NCBI GenBank assembly: GCA_016748015.1
Contig: JAAOMT010000718.1
Coordinates: 186,001 to 250,000 of the forward strand
Length of the DNA: 64,000 bases
Direction: 5' to 3'
Origin: Geosiphon pyriformis uo1
Lineage: Eukaryota > Fungi > Glomeromycota
Shown here in pieces: positions 23,740-37,933 of this stretch. The first letter of the stretch is position 1. Every line of letters starts with the position of its first letter. The notes under the pieces were generated by a model. The model made no database searches, was not told the origin of the DNA, and was given only the letters and a program-made list of their open reading frames with translations. The position numbers and the translations under genes are program-made.

Positions 23740-26700
23740 TATAAATCCACAGAGACAGAGCACTCCCAAAAATACATAAAAGTGATGACTATTGGAACAA
23801 TAGGAAAGGACCACTCCTTGTACAGAAAAGCACTATTTCAATACTTTCGAAAAGACCTAGGAATATCAGCAGGAACCGCTTATGCAGAAAGTGATTTTTG
23901 TAACTATATCAATGCAAAAATTGACTGCTTGTTAGGCCGTGCAACTGATACAGGAAGACTTGGAGAACAAATCCATTAAAGCTTACTAGGGTACTTAACA
24001 GCCACAACTACCCAAGCAATCGCTGAAACTCTGCGCATAATCAATACAGACATTAAATATTATGTGGCACAATGATTCCCTCAAGTACAACAACCAATGA
24101 AATCTGACTTTGAGGAATACGAAAACAAATCCAACAACCCCGTAACTGCCCAAGCCAAGTCCACAGTCAACAAGAAACCAAGAGTCTTTTTCCCAACAAC
24201 TCCATCATACCATCAGACACCCCAAAGTAGAATTGTATTCAACCCACCCCCAGAAACCCAGTCAGAAACACCATGAACTCCTGGAAATCCACACCCTTGG
24301 AATCAACACAGTTGGACCAAATCACTAGGAAAATATGGATCACTGTTTGGAAATCTTACCCCAGCAGCCGGTCAAACAGAAGGAAACCTGTCAACTTGGG
24401 AACAGCCACCAGCACAAAACCTAGCAGAATTAGCATCTCCCCTAATGGAAGAAACAGCTATCTTACAACCTATTGGTTCAAGTGACAAAGGAAAGCAACC
24501 AGCATTAGCACCCAGAGAACACTCAAATACATGGATACCAATCCCTTTAAACATAACCAGTAACACCCCACCCATTAACTGGATCATGGCTTACTGAGAT
24601 ATCACTAAATTGGAAAAATTCTCTGGTGAAGAAGATAATGCATATTCTTGGATTGCGGATGCTGAGAAAGCAATTACTGCTAACAGTTGGAACGATGACC
24701 GTACAGTTCAGACACTGCCGTTTTTTCTGATCAGAACCACCAATTCATGGTATCAGAGCCTGGCAAAGAAGCCTACCTCCTTTACTAAGTTTAAACTCGC
24801 ATTTCTGCAATACTTCTGTGACCCCAATACGTTAATCTGATTGCAGAATCAATTCAGCATAATTAAACAAAAAGATCACAAAGCAGTAACTACTTATCTC
24901 AGACAATTCAATCAAATTCTGCATTAAATATTAGCTATCGAAAGGGACTACTACACTATGGTGCAAGTTCTTAATCAATTTATTAAAGAATTGTGGAGTA
25001 GTATTCTAAGATCCATAAGACCCTGCCATCTGACTAGTTTACAAGACGCCGTCACTCTCACTCGCAATTTTGAGTCTGCAGAACAAGAAGCGAACTATAC
25101 CCAAGCCTTTAATTTAGCCATTAACAGAACCTCTGACATTGATGCAAAGATAACCCAATTGAGTGAAAAACTAACTCAGAAAATTGAGGGATTCTTAGCC
25201 AGAACTACAGGAACTTACCAACCACCCCAACGGAGAGAAAATAACAATAACAGTAGATACTCACAGCAACAGAATCATCAGCAACAGCAACAACCTTGGA
25301 GATCTGATCCCTGCAACTGCTACTACTGCCAGAAACCTGGACACATTACTCGTGACTGCAGAAGGAAGATCATGGACCAAAATCAAGGAAACCACCAGCA
25401 ACCCAGATATCAGCAAAACATGGTACCCCAATATTCCATACCTCAGAATTAACTGCCTCTATATGCACAACAAGTCCCGTACACTCAATCACCACCCCAG
25501 AATTATTATCAACCATCACCAATGACACAAGCAATCTCTCACTATCAAACTTTCCCTTACAGTCCGTCCAAACTTTGAGCTATAGACTATAATCAGGGAT
25601 GGAAGAATCCCAACAACAATTAGGTACAAACCAACAGTGGACTGTCTCGACCAATCCCTCGTGGTCCTGCCCAATCTCGACCAACACCAACTGGATACCC
25701 AAATCAAGCTTCCTATTTTGGTCTTATGGAAGACCAGGGTTTTGATAAATCTACACCTGTGGAAGGGAGGGATATAAAACAAATCTCCCAACCTTCCAAG
25801 CAAACAAAAAGCAATATCCCACCAGCCACTATTACTGAAGACACCACCCTAGCCGCCATATTTCCTTTTGATATCGATAATTTGAACACACATAGCCTTT
25901 TTAGTGGAGCAGCCATCAATCAAGATAAACCAATAACAGCCCTATACACCGATGCCAGAGTCAGAGGAATAGACATTAAATTAATCCTGAATAGCGGATC
26001 AGCTGGTAGCATAATCACAAAGCAGCTCATGGACCAACTAGGTTACTGAGTAAACCGTGCTGCTACCGCCCGGATCATTACAGTAAATGGGAACACAAAA
26101 ACCCTGATAGGAAAAATTGACAACTTCCCCTTTAAGATTAATGGAATCCAAATCCCTACCAAAGTACTTGTCATAGAAGCTACTCAATATCAAGCTCTAG
26201 TAGGAAACAACTGGTTGTCAAAAGCCAATGCTACTCTTGACTGGAACACCCAAGAACTTCAACTCACATTCAATGGACAGCATGCCCAAGTCCCAGCTAT
26301 GTGTGAACACTTTAAAAACCAACGTACCGAAGAACCTCTTATTGAATTCGAAAACACATCAATGCCACCAACTATCGAGACCTATCAGGTTTCATGGGTG
26401 GATGATTATCGAACTGAACTACCCTCACCACCAACCTGGAAAGAAAAAGAAAAAGGCAGAGCCAAAAAAGAACCCCAATTGTCATCACTAGGATACATAA
26501 TCTTGGACTAAAGAAACTTATTTTACCAACTCTCAAGACTAATATGTGTCAATTGTGGAAAAAAACTATTCACTATGGACGCATGTATCAGGGACAATGA
26601 AGAATGGCCCACCGCCACCAAATACTATTGCAGGCCTTGTTTACTGGAAAGATTTAGACGACCAAAATAACAAGGCAAGTGGGACCACATGCCATGCCTC

Positions 26701-29564
26701 GCATGTGGTGAAATCCTGCCAGATGAAAGACTCTGGAATGATGTGCCTGGCAGAGGAAGAACATGTGACGAGGCTTGTCAATACACCATATTAATCAATG
26801 ATTGGGTACGAAAAGGAACCCCTATCAAGGACGCTTGGAAATGAGCACTCAACAGGCTAGATGGTTATCCACACGATGACCACAAAATCTGGAGAATGGC
26901 AAGCGCCAAGGCCGAAGGTGCCACACCTGAAGAAATATGAAAAATTAAGGACAACCCTTGGATGCCCAAATATACTGGATCTGACTACCCTGAGGATGAT
27001 TTCTTCACAGATAACCCAGATGCATTTCAGAACTGATATCAGGAATTGGCCCCAACTCGTGAGGAACAGGAGCAAAGGTTGGCCAATTTAAATACCAAAC
27101 TATGCGATCACTGTTTGATCTCCTGTCACTTCCAGTACTGTGATAAATGTGATCTCATGTTTAATCTGCCTTCAAGAATACTGTTTCCAATCACCAAACT
27201 ACCTGAACCCAAAGAAGAGGTATTGATTACCGAGGACATGTCATTTCAAGATCCAACTGAAGATACCGAAACAGAACAGTATCTCGCATATCCCAACCTA
27301 TCCAAAAAACTAGAGCTAAAATGGTACAGTGACAATGAGGAAAGAATCTGCCCCAAAAGAGTGCATAACACCAATGCTGGTTTCAACCTACAATACTCCA
27401 GACAATCACTCATCATTATAGCCTCACATTCTTTCGTAAAAATAGATCTTAAGATAGCATTAGAAATTCCTGTTAGTACAATGGTACAAGTTGTCTCTCA
27501 ATCTAGTCTAACCAAGAAAGGAATCGACATAAAAGGAGGAATCATTAATGCTGGTTACATGGGAAACATTATCGTAATATTACAGAACAATTCGGACAAA
27601 TCCTACAAAATAGAATCACAAGAAAAGATTGCCCAAGCTATCTTCCTACCCCTAGTCAAAATACCCCAATTAACCCTGGTAACAATCTGAGAAAAGTTAG
27701 GCCTCACTGCCCAAGGAATCAATGGGTTTAGATTAAGTGGAAGAGGAAACGTACCAGTTAATTTCATGGAAAAAGACAGTGACCAGATAGAATTTATCCA
27801 CACTGACACCATCATCTCCATTCCTCCATACCAACAATACATTCTTAAGGTGAATCGAAAGATCCAAGATCAAGCTCTATTATTTGAAGCCAGTTCCGAA
27901 ATCTGTTCCCTAGCCAATGTTGCTAATCTATACCTACTGGCCAAAGCCCATAAACACTTCAAAATCTTCATCCACAACCCGACAAAAGATGTCATTGAAA
28001 TCCCTGAAGAGACCTTCATCAGTTTCATATCCGCAGATAGTCAGAATCCTGAAAAACCCCAGTCCATTCCAGATTTCGCACAATTATTCTTATTTTGTGA
28101 CATTATCTCACAAGTATGGAATTTGCCAAAAGAAAGTTACTTGTTTACACCAGAAGAGATCAATAAATTAAATTTAAGAAATTTAAGTACCAACAAATGC
28201 AACTCAAAGTCCTTCTGAATCAGTATGCTGATATCTTTGCCAGTAAAAATGAGTTTGGATGCACCGACATCATGAAGCATCAGATTGATACAAGAGATGC
28301 TCGACCAATTAAGCAACAAGCTTACTATGTACTCCCATCTGGTGATAACCTAATTAAGCAAGAAGTGCAACGGATGCTTGATAACGGCCTAATCAAAGAA
28401 TCGTTAAGCCCTTGGTCCTCGCCAGTAGTCTTGGTCACCAAGAAAAACAGAAAAATGCGATTCTGCATAGATTATTGAAAACTAAATAGCATCATGCAAG
28501 GAGATAGTTATTCCACTCCCCTCATCCAGGAAATTCTGGACAATCTAGGGAAAAAGAAATGGTTCTTGTCATTAGATTTAGCAAATGATTACTGGCAAGT
28601 TAAAATGGACCCCAAAGACAAAGGAAAAACAGCGTTTACCACTCAAGATGGAAACTTCAAGTTTAACATAATGCCTTTTAGATTTTGTAATGCTCCTGCC
28701 ACGTTTCAACATCTGATAGATGTAGTATACAAAGGAATCCTTTGAAAATCAGTAGTAGTCTACCTAGACAACACAAACGTGTTTTCCGAAACATTCGAAG
28801 ACTATCTGCTCCACCTGCAACAAGTCTTTGAATGCCTTTGTAGTGCTGAATTGAAACTCAATCCTGAGAAGTGCTTCTTTGGAAAAACTGAGTTAAAATT
28901 CCTAGAACATGTAATCAGCAAGGACAGAGTTAAACCTGATCCAGATAAAGTACAAAAAATCAAGGATTTTCTAGCCCCAATCAACCTCAGAGAATTACAA
29001 GAATTTCTAGGATTAGCAGGATATTATCATCAATTTGTCAAAGGTTTCTCAAACATCACAAAACCACTCCATCAATTGTTGTCTAAATATGTACCGTACT
29101 TGTAAAAGGAAGATCAACAGAAAGCATTCGACTATCTCAAGCAGCAATTGATCACATCCCCAATCTTGATTTATCCAGATTTCACTAAATGGTTCATTGT
29201 CACTACGGACGCCTCGAAAAATACTCTAGGAGCAGTCTTATTACAGATAAGACTGGACAATAGAGAACACCCAGTTGTCTATGCTAGTCGCAGCACTAGC
29301 CCAGCAGAAAAAAATTACAGCACAACAGATCTGGAATGTCTTGCCATTTATTGGACCATACAGACTTGGAAACATTACCTCAGTTAACCATTTGACCTAT
29401 ATACTGACCACAAAGGACTTATTTGGTTACTCAATAATCCACAACTAGAAAAAAAATATGCGAGATGAAGTACTTATCTACAACAATTCCCATTCAAAGT
29501 CTATTACAAGGAAGGATCTAAGAACACCAATGCCGACAGTTTGTCGAGGATGCCACAAACCTAA
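23740..29564 (+). pseudogene. Element B ORF1: N-domain, gag (CA, CCHC), protease, Cys-rich domain, dUTPase (~27340-27745), RT, RNase H
   Basis: CYYCQKPGHITRDC; LILNSGSAGSI; GGIINAGYMG, KIAQ; RFCIDY, YLDN; TTDAS, NADSLSR then TAA at 29562-29564. One frame apart from a lesion near 28190. Confidence 0.92.
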
Positions 29565-29574
29565 TTCCAGACCC

Positions 29575-30942
29575 ATGGACACACTCACTTATCAACAACT
29601 ACATCAGTACCTATTGACACTACGTTTCAAGGAGATATTATCTCAACAGGAACAGAGTACCATACAAAAACAAGCCTGAAATTATTTTATTCAAGACAAC
29701 CAACTATATTGACAAGAACACCAAAACCACCTCAACTCACAATGACTAATCATGGACAGTGAAAGAGAAACTATACTATATAGCGTGCATTCAGATCCGA
29801 CTGCAGAACACTTTAACAAAGATGCTACTTTTGAAAGAACACTAAACTTATACTATTGGCTAATGATGCACAAAGACATTTTTGAATGTGTGCTCAATTG
29901 TAACACATGCCAACAAAGAGGAAGAGCAAGATTAACAGAACCACTTCGACCCATTCCAGTTGGAAATCCATTTGATAGAATCAGAATCGATTTGGTTGGA
30001 CCTCTTTCAATTACATCCCAAGGAAATTGCTATATTGCTGTAGTCATAGACTATTTTACAAAATGGCCAGAAGCCAGAGCAATCCAAGTGGCCGATGCCA
30101 AAACAGTCGCCAAATTTGTGCATTAAGACCTAATTTGCCGACATGGATGTCTAAAAGAATTATTATCTGATCAGGAAACACACTTTGTTAATAATATGCT
30201 GACTGAACTAAGCCAATAGTTTGGAATAAAGAGATCCTTATTGTCACCATACCACCCACAAATGAATGGACTGGTAGAATGATTTAACAAAACACTGTGC
30301 AAAGCACTAGCAAAAATAAATCATGAAAACAGACAAGAATAGAACTTATTCATACCTTCTGTACTTTTTGTATACCGAACATTGAAACAAAATACGACTC
30401 AGTTCACACCATTCGAACTAGTCTATGGAAGAAAAGCTACATTACTGATTGAACGAATAATACCGTCATACCCAACAAAAACAATCAATGAAGAAAATTT
30501 TGAGGCTACCTTATACCAAAGAACGTACCAGCTAATAAAAACGTTGGAAAACAATCGAAGAACAGCAGCTGACAATATTAGTCACACTCAAGAATGACAA
30601 AAAGAAAGACATGATAAACACTTATTAGAACAACCAATGGAATTCAAGATTGGAGACCAAATACTATTACATCATATAAAAGCTGAGAAACAGTGGAGTA
30701 GAAAGTTTGACCCAAAATGGGACGGTTCATTCCACATATACAAAGCGTTAGGAAATGGAGCTTACAAATTACAATTGGAAGACAGAATTTTAAAGAAAGT
30801 AGCACATGGAAATCAGTTAAAAATTTATCATGTAAAACAGGAATCATCATCATCAGTACCTCAACTAGGAACACAAATTTCATTAATCAGACCAGAAGAT
30901 ATACCACGAGATCTGGAACCAATCATCATCATCAAAACGTAG
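29575..30942 (+). pseudogene. Element B stand-alone integrase ORF
   Basis: Starts MDTLTYQQLHQYL. H-x6-H...CNTC zinc motif, IDLVGP, LSDQ, NGLVE, KWDGSF, tail PEDIPRDLEPI. Confidence 0.92.
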
Positions 30943-31235
30943 ACAACGGGCAGCAAATTAAATTGGGGAATTCAAATATATATAGCATCCAAAAAGCAGC
31001 AAGAAACAATAGAAATTTCAACATGGACCTTTCAGATCAAATTTTAAAATTATCTAAACAATTATTTGAAACAATTCAAAAATCGACATCTTAAATAGAA
31101 ATAACAATTGATAAAAAAGAGATATGATACAAAGATAAGAGCAGGAGAGGGGAAGACGAAAGTTCAATTAGAACTAAACATTCTCTCCCCTACTCACCAC
31201 CCGAAAGGCAATGTGGAAAGAAAAATTGCTTTTGG

Positions 31236-32217
31236 CATTACCAGATGAAATTAGAGATATTATTTAGCATAAAATTATCTTATAATTCCTATCATTAATT
31301 AGCATATATTATTGTTTCAAATTATCATTTATTATATTAGCAAAAATGTCCAATAATTATCATTTAATTAATAACCCAAATTGTACACAACACAAATGTA
31401 ACCTAATTGTGATGATCAATCATGCAATACCCTGAACTATGTAACATTTAAAAGTTCGCCGAAATTTGTAGAAATTTGCCGAAATAATTGATAGTTCACT
31501 GAAATATCTAATAGTTTGCAGAAATAACTTGTAGTTCACCAAAATGTATCTTTAGTTCAGCGAAATTGTAGAAAATAGCAAAGTTCAAGTTCATAGAATA
31601 GTGTTACAACAAGTTGTATAAAAGAAGAGCTTCTCTCTTCGAGAAAATGTATCTTACTTTAGATTTATCTCTTCAAACCGTTCCTATATACACAAAGAGA
31701 AATAAATATCAAATAATTTGAAAAAACAAAATTCTTTAAACTATTGCACTTGGAAAATCCTCAAAACCCAACTAACGTTTTGAAATTGATTAGCTACCAA
31801 TTTTAGTAAACTGTTAGTGACTCCAGGCCTGGATAGAAAACGTTTTCCTTGATAAAATTTTATTTCTTTTACATTTCTTTTCTTTTTCTTTTCTTTTCTT
31901 ATTATAATCATTAGAGTAGTCTACAGACGAGATTTTTGTAGAAGAGTTGACTTTTACAGCAAAGTAACTACACATTTTTAGTGAGCTTCCAGACGAGCAA
32001 TTCCTGGAAAAGAGTTGACATTTACTACAACGTAACTACATAAAGTAACTGGCACAGAATTGGCCATTCCACTTATAAGCCCAGCAATTCAAATTATAGG
32101 AGATAATTTGAAGATAAATTCAGTTACTAGAGGTTTAACCACATCCAGAAAATGTAAATTCACAGCAAACAGACATTAACAACATTTAAGAAAAGAGACC
32201 AAAAACCTTCGGTAACA
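31236..32217 (+). repeat. 5' LTR of element C
   Basis: Direct repeat of 40131-41107. Similar to the A-family LTR. Confidence 0.95.
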
Positions 32218-35200
32218 TTTGGTGCTCTCTTACAGAAACAACACAGCAAAAACAACTTCAAAGTGGTGATCACACTAGACGCAACAACTCTAGAGTATTA
32301 CCAATCAATTTACACCCATTGCAAGCAAAGATTCAACATTCCAAACAAAATTGAAGTTGTCAAAAAATCAGTATACCAATACATTGAAAACCGCATCAAC
32401 AATTATCTTTTTGGAAATTATAATATCTCAGAAGTTAAAAGCAATTTTTACAATAATTTAGCACACTATTCACAGTTGGGAACTGAAGATCTTAACAGTG
32501 AAACACTTGCCACTTACTTTCATGAACTTAATTTTAACATTATCAAATACTGTGAAGAAACATATCCAGTGCAGTCTTAATACACTATTGATTTTGAATT
32601 AGAAACAGAAACAAGCAACAAAGGCAAAAACAAATTAAAGCAATACTCAGGAGCCACCCCAAATACTCCAACACTACCAAAAACAACTGCCAAACATTTA
32701 CAAACACCTGAACAAGGAACCAGTTCAAAACTTCCACTTACTATCACACCTTTTTCAGCTTCACTTGCACAAGCACAAACGCTTAATTCCCCCTTGAATC
32801 AATTTACAAGACCAAAAGATTTTACAGCACTCAGAAGTCCCATCAGACAACAAAAACCCCTTCAAACTAGTTCCAATCTCCTTGACTTTCTAGCTGAAAA
32901 TCAAAGTAAACACTCTGAGACAGCAGCGAACAAAGAAAACGAACCTGAAATATCTGAAGAAGAATCAATAGACAGTGACAACGAAGAAGACGAAATGACA
33001 ACATACATTGCAAAAATCTCTGAATTTAATAGAGAAGACATTGAGACCAGTCCCCAAGAATGGCTTGACCAAGTTACTAAAGCTGGAGATGCAAATGGCT
33101 GGAATGCTGTCAGAATATTAAGAACAATTCCCTACTTTCTCAAAGGAACAGCAGAAGAATGGTTTGAAAACTTGGCTGCCCTATTCAATGATTGGAATGC
33201 TTTCAAAGCTGTCTTTCTTGAACAGTTCACCGACAATAATACCTCCATCACTCTTCGCAACCATTTTCAAAATATCAAACAAGAACCTTCCAAATCTGTT
33301 ATGACTTATATTGAGAAATTCAACAAACTTCTTAGACAAATTTGCCAACTCGAAACAAATGATTATTATTCTGATGCTCAAATCTTGGATCAATTTATCA
33401 CTGGTCTAAAAGATAAACTAATTAAAAAGGTTCGCCCACATGCACCAGAAAATTTAAACTCTGCCATACAGCATGCGAAAAAATATGAAATGGCCATGGA
33501 AGAGGCCAATTGCATAAAACTTGTAAATTTGGCAATTGGGGAAACCAGCTCAGCAGCTGAGGAAAAAATTGACCAACTCACAAAGCAGGTCGAAAACTAT
33601 TTCACCAATCAACAACAACAGCAACCCCAAAGATATCAACCACTCCAAAGATGAAATCAAAATAACCTTGCACCACTTTCCAATAACCAGCCTCAGAATT
33701 GCCATTACTGTGGAATCTCTGGCCACTGGAAAAGAGATTGCAGAAAGCTACAACGAGACCAACAAAATAGGAGTAATCAACGTTACTCTCCACCACAGCA
33801 ATCTTATTATTAACCACCACCAGCTTACTATTCACCAAGACCCCAATACCAAAATAACTATTATCAAACCACTCCACAGCCAATCCAACAGCAATACCAA
33901 CAACCACCCACACAACATTATCAAGTACCTGCTCAAAGACTGATTACACAAAATCAATTCACACCACAAAACTAATACCAAGTAAACAACAATAGAATCA
34001 GTTTGAACAACCAATTAGTTCCCCGAAATTCCACTCAACCAAGACCCAACCACTACCACATTCAACCCAGTTATTTAATATTGCCAGAAGAACAGAATTT
34101 TCACCATACTGTACCCTCTGAAGGTAGAGCTGCAGCACAACAACAACAAAACCCTTCCTATACTCTCACTACAATCCCACCAGCCAGAATCGCTGAAAAC
34201 GTTAATCTTTCAGATATATTCTCTTTTGAGTTCAAAGCAAATGAGTCACCCTTCCTGTTTAGCAATGCAGCTGCCAATGAACAAAAAGCAATCACGGCTA
34301 TGTACACTAAAACAGAAGTCAAAGGAAAGACAATTTGCTTGATCTTAGACAGTGGATCCGCCGGAAGCATTATCACCTACCAGTTAATACAACAGTTGAA
34401 GAGAAATGTTGACTGACCAGCTCAAACAGTAATCATCACTGCAGATGGCATGAAAAAGACCCCAGTAGAAGAAATTGACAATTTTCTATTCACTCTTGAT
34501 GGAATCACCATTCTAGTCAAAGTTCTTGTAATGGACGCACCCCAGTACTAAGCTCTCGTCAGAAATAATTGGCTTCAAAAAGCCAATGCTAATCTGAATT
34601 GGGAAACACAAGAGTTAACAATCTCCTACCAAGAACAACATGCCCGAATACCTACCATTTGTGGTACATTTAACAAATACTCTAAAAAAGCCCCAGCTTT
34701 TGAATTCAAACCGGAAGAGGAAAAACCTCTTATTGAAACATTCATGGCTCTTGGATCAACATCCAACTGGGCCGATAAAACAGAACAAGAACATTTTACT
34801 CCACACTCTAAACCTGAAACCTCTGGATGGAATATCTCTTACTCAAAATCCAAACCAAGGAAACAACGCCCCTATATTCCCCTTAAATATAAGGACTACC
34901 ACAAAAAACTATTGTCAATGAGAGCCTACATTTCACCTGAAGAAGAATATGAAAATTATACTTGTTATTACTGCAAGACTTGCCACAGAGAATGATGGGG
35001 CCATCTAATAAAAAGGAGCGAAAAATGGGACAACACTCCTTGTTTGACTTGTGGAGATATGCTACCAGAAGAATACAATTGAATTGATGTAGCCATGAGA
35101 AAAGGAGTCTGCAATCAGACCTGCCAATATGCTTTATCAATTTTAGAAAAAGTAAAAAGAGGAACACTCTTTAATGCGGCATACAACAGTGCTCTCAACA

Positions 35201-37881
35201 AACTTTATCACTACTTTTATGATGCTGAGATGATTTTCAACCTAGCAATGGCATTAATTAATGGAGCTACCAAAGAAGATGTTCGCCAAATAAAGGAAGC
35301 AGAATACATTGAATACACCATGGAATTAGCTGGATTCGATTACAAAGACGAAGTAGAAGTCTACCACCAAATTGCAAGTCACACCTACCCAACTCAAGAA
35401 GTTCAAATTCAACAATTAGAGCAAATGAACATTAGGCTATGTAAAAAATACATTATGCCTTGTGATAAACAGTGGTGTCCTGAATGCTACACTTTTAGTA
35501 TCCCCTTGCCCAGCGAAAATGATGAGAACAAAATTGAATTTGAAGAACCTGAAGCAATGGAAGAAATTAAAACAACACCTATTTACCTTATCAAAAATCA
35601 GCCTGCCTTATAACTTAAATACTTCAACAACAACGGACAAGGAATAAAACCCAAAAAAGCACATGAAATTGATGCTGGATATGACCTAAGATATCCAGAC
35701 AAAGATACTCTTGTTCTCAAACCCAAATCTCTCACAAAAATCAACCTCAAAATTGCACTCAAAATCCCACCAGGAGCAATGATTCAAATTACTTCCCGGT
35801 CCTCTCAGACAAGCAAAAGAATTAATGTCAGAGGAAGAATAATCGATGCTGGATATACTGGAGACATTACAGTAATGCTTCAAAATGAAACTGACAAACC
35901 ATTCAAGATCGAACATGCTGAAAAAATTGCCCAAGCTATTTACCTACCCTTAATCAACATTTTGGGTTTGCAACTAGTCAATCAAAGAGAACAATTAGAA
36001 AAAAGCGATAGAGAAACCCAAGGTTTTGGTTCAACTGGATGATTTACAGTTCCAGTTAACATAGCGCTTAATACATGAAACAAATCCCACCAAATTCTCA
36101 GACTTTCACAACCAATTACCATTTCACCCTTTGGAGAACATCTAGAAATCTACACCTGCCCAAAGCCAACAACCATACAACAAATTTTTGAGTCCAATGA
36201 ACAAGTCTGCTTGGAACATAATATTTTGATCCCAAACATTTATATTCCAGAAAGAACAAAGAAAGTCCAAGTTACTTTTTACAACTCCAATAATTACCTT
36301 ATAATTTTATTAAATAATTTAGAAATTGGAGTTATTCACAGTAATATATTTCAACAAGAATTACCCCAAACAGTCCCCGATTTCTCTGAAATTATTGAAC
36401 ATTCAATACCAAAAATCAACCCAAATCTCAGTTCCAAAAACTACCATGTTGTCATGGAAAAACTATTTCGAATCAACATGGGACAACTTGAACCACAACA
36501 ACAGACCCAGCTCAAAGAGCTAATTGCAGAATTTGCCGATATCTTCACTGAAAACAACAATGACTTAGGAAGAACCAATTTGGTCCAACACCAAATTTAT
36601 ACAGGAGATGCCAAACCAAGAAGACAACAAACATATTGAGTTGCTCCAGAAAGCTACCAATTCATCTGAGAAGAAGTACAACAAATGCTTAACAATGGGC
36701 TCATCCAACCCTCCATGAGTCCTTGGGCTTTACCTGTAGTGCTAGTTAAAAAGAAAAATAGAAAGATCTGATTTTGTGTTGACTATTAACAACTCAACAG
36801 TGTTACAATTGGAGACGCCTACCTCTTTCCCTGGATTGATAACATGTTAGATGCCTTTGGAAAATCCAAATACTTTTCAACACTAGATTTAGAAAGTGGT
36901 TACTGGCAAGTTGCTATGGATCCCAAAAATCACCCCAAAACAACATTTACCACCCAAGGCGGAAATTACGAGTTCAATGTAATGCCTTTCGGATTATGCA
37001 ATGCACCAGCAATGTTTCAGAGATTAATGGATGTTGTGTACCAAAGACTTCTTTGGAAGTCAGTAGTCATTTATCTTAATGATACTGATGTTTATTCTCC
37101 ATTGTTCAAATTACACTTAAAACACCTACAAAAAGTTTTTCAACGATTACAAAAAGCAGGATTAAAACTTAATATCAAAAAATGCTACTTTGGAAAAACA
37201 AGCCTGGTCTTTCTTGGTCATATCGTTAGTAAAGATGGAATTAAACCAGATCCTGAAAAAATCAGCGTTGTCAAAAACTTCAAAACTTCTCGAAACACTA
37301 CAAAACTAAGAGGATTCATAGGATTAGCATCCTACTATTGGAAGTTTATCAAAGAATTTTCAGAAATTGCAAAACTCCTCAACCAGCTCACTACCAAAAA
37401 CGTTGAATACAAATGGACTACTGAACACCAAAAAGCTTTTGAAATTCTCAAGAAAAAACTGACAACAGCTCCAATTCTCGCCTACCCAGATTTCAGCAAC
37501 CAATTTTAACTAGCTACAGATGCTTTATATACTGTCTTTGGTGCTATCTTATTACAACTAGACAACAATGGAAATGAGCAAGTAATTGCTTATGCTAGCA
37601 GAACATTAAAACCAGCTGAGAAAAACTATCCTGCCACAGAACTAGAAACAGCAGCTGTAATTTGGGCCCTACACCACTTCAACCTTTATCTCAGACCTAA
37701 AGAATTTGATATTATCACTGATAATATTGGACTCAAATGGCTTCAGAACAAAAATACTTAGCTGAATGCAAAACAAACCTGATAGACAGGATTTCTAGCA
37801 AACTATTAATACATAGTACATCACAAACCAGGAAAACTCCACACCAATATTGACTGTCTCTCCAGAATGAGACAAAATTAA
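32218..37881 (+). pseudogene. Element C ORF1 polyprotein (N-domain-CA-NC-PR-Cys-rich-dUTPase-RT-RNase H), single frame with point stops
   Basis: ORF pieces at 32263, 32794, 34003, 34744, 35095, 35779, 36211 and 36844 all share one frame. CHYCGISGHWKRDC; LILDSGSAGSI; YLND; NIDCLSRMRQN then TAA at 37879-37881. Confidence 0.93.
35640..36042 (+). pseudogene. dut: dUTPase domain of element C
   Basis: All five trimeric dUTPase motifs: DAGYDL, SRSS, IIDAGYTG, KIAQ, RETQGFGSTG. Confidence 0.92.
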
Positions 37882-37933
37882 AAAAACACAAAAACCAACA
37901 CTCAACTTAACCAACCAAAAGAGCCAACAAACA

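Noticed and set aside
28137-28220. Programmed frameshift before RT in element B
   Set aside because: C and D are in one frame across this point, so this is a copy-specific small deletion.
33181-34376. Numerous antisense/alternate-frame ORFs over gag-pol (here and in A, B, D and the LINEs)
   Set aside because: These are shadow ORFs caused by strong strand compositional skew, with no conserved motifs between elements.
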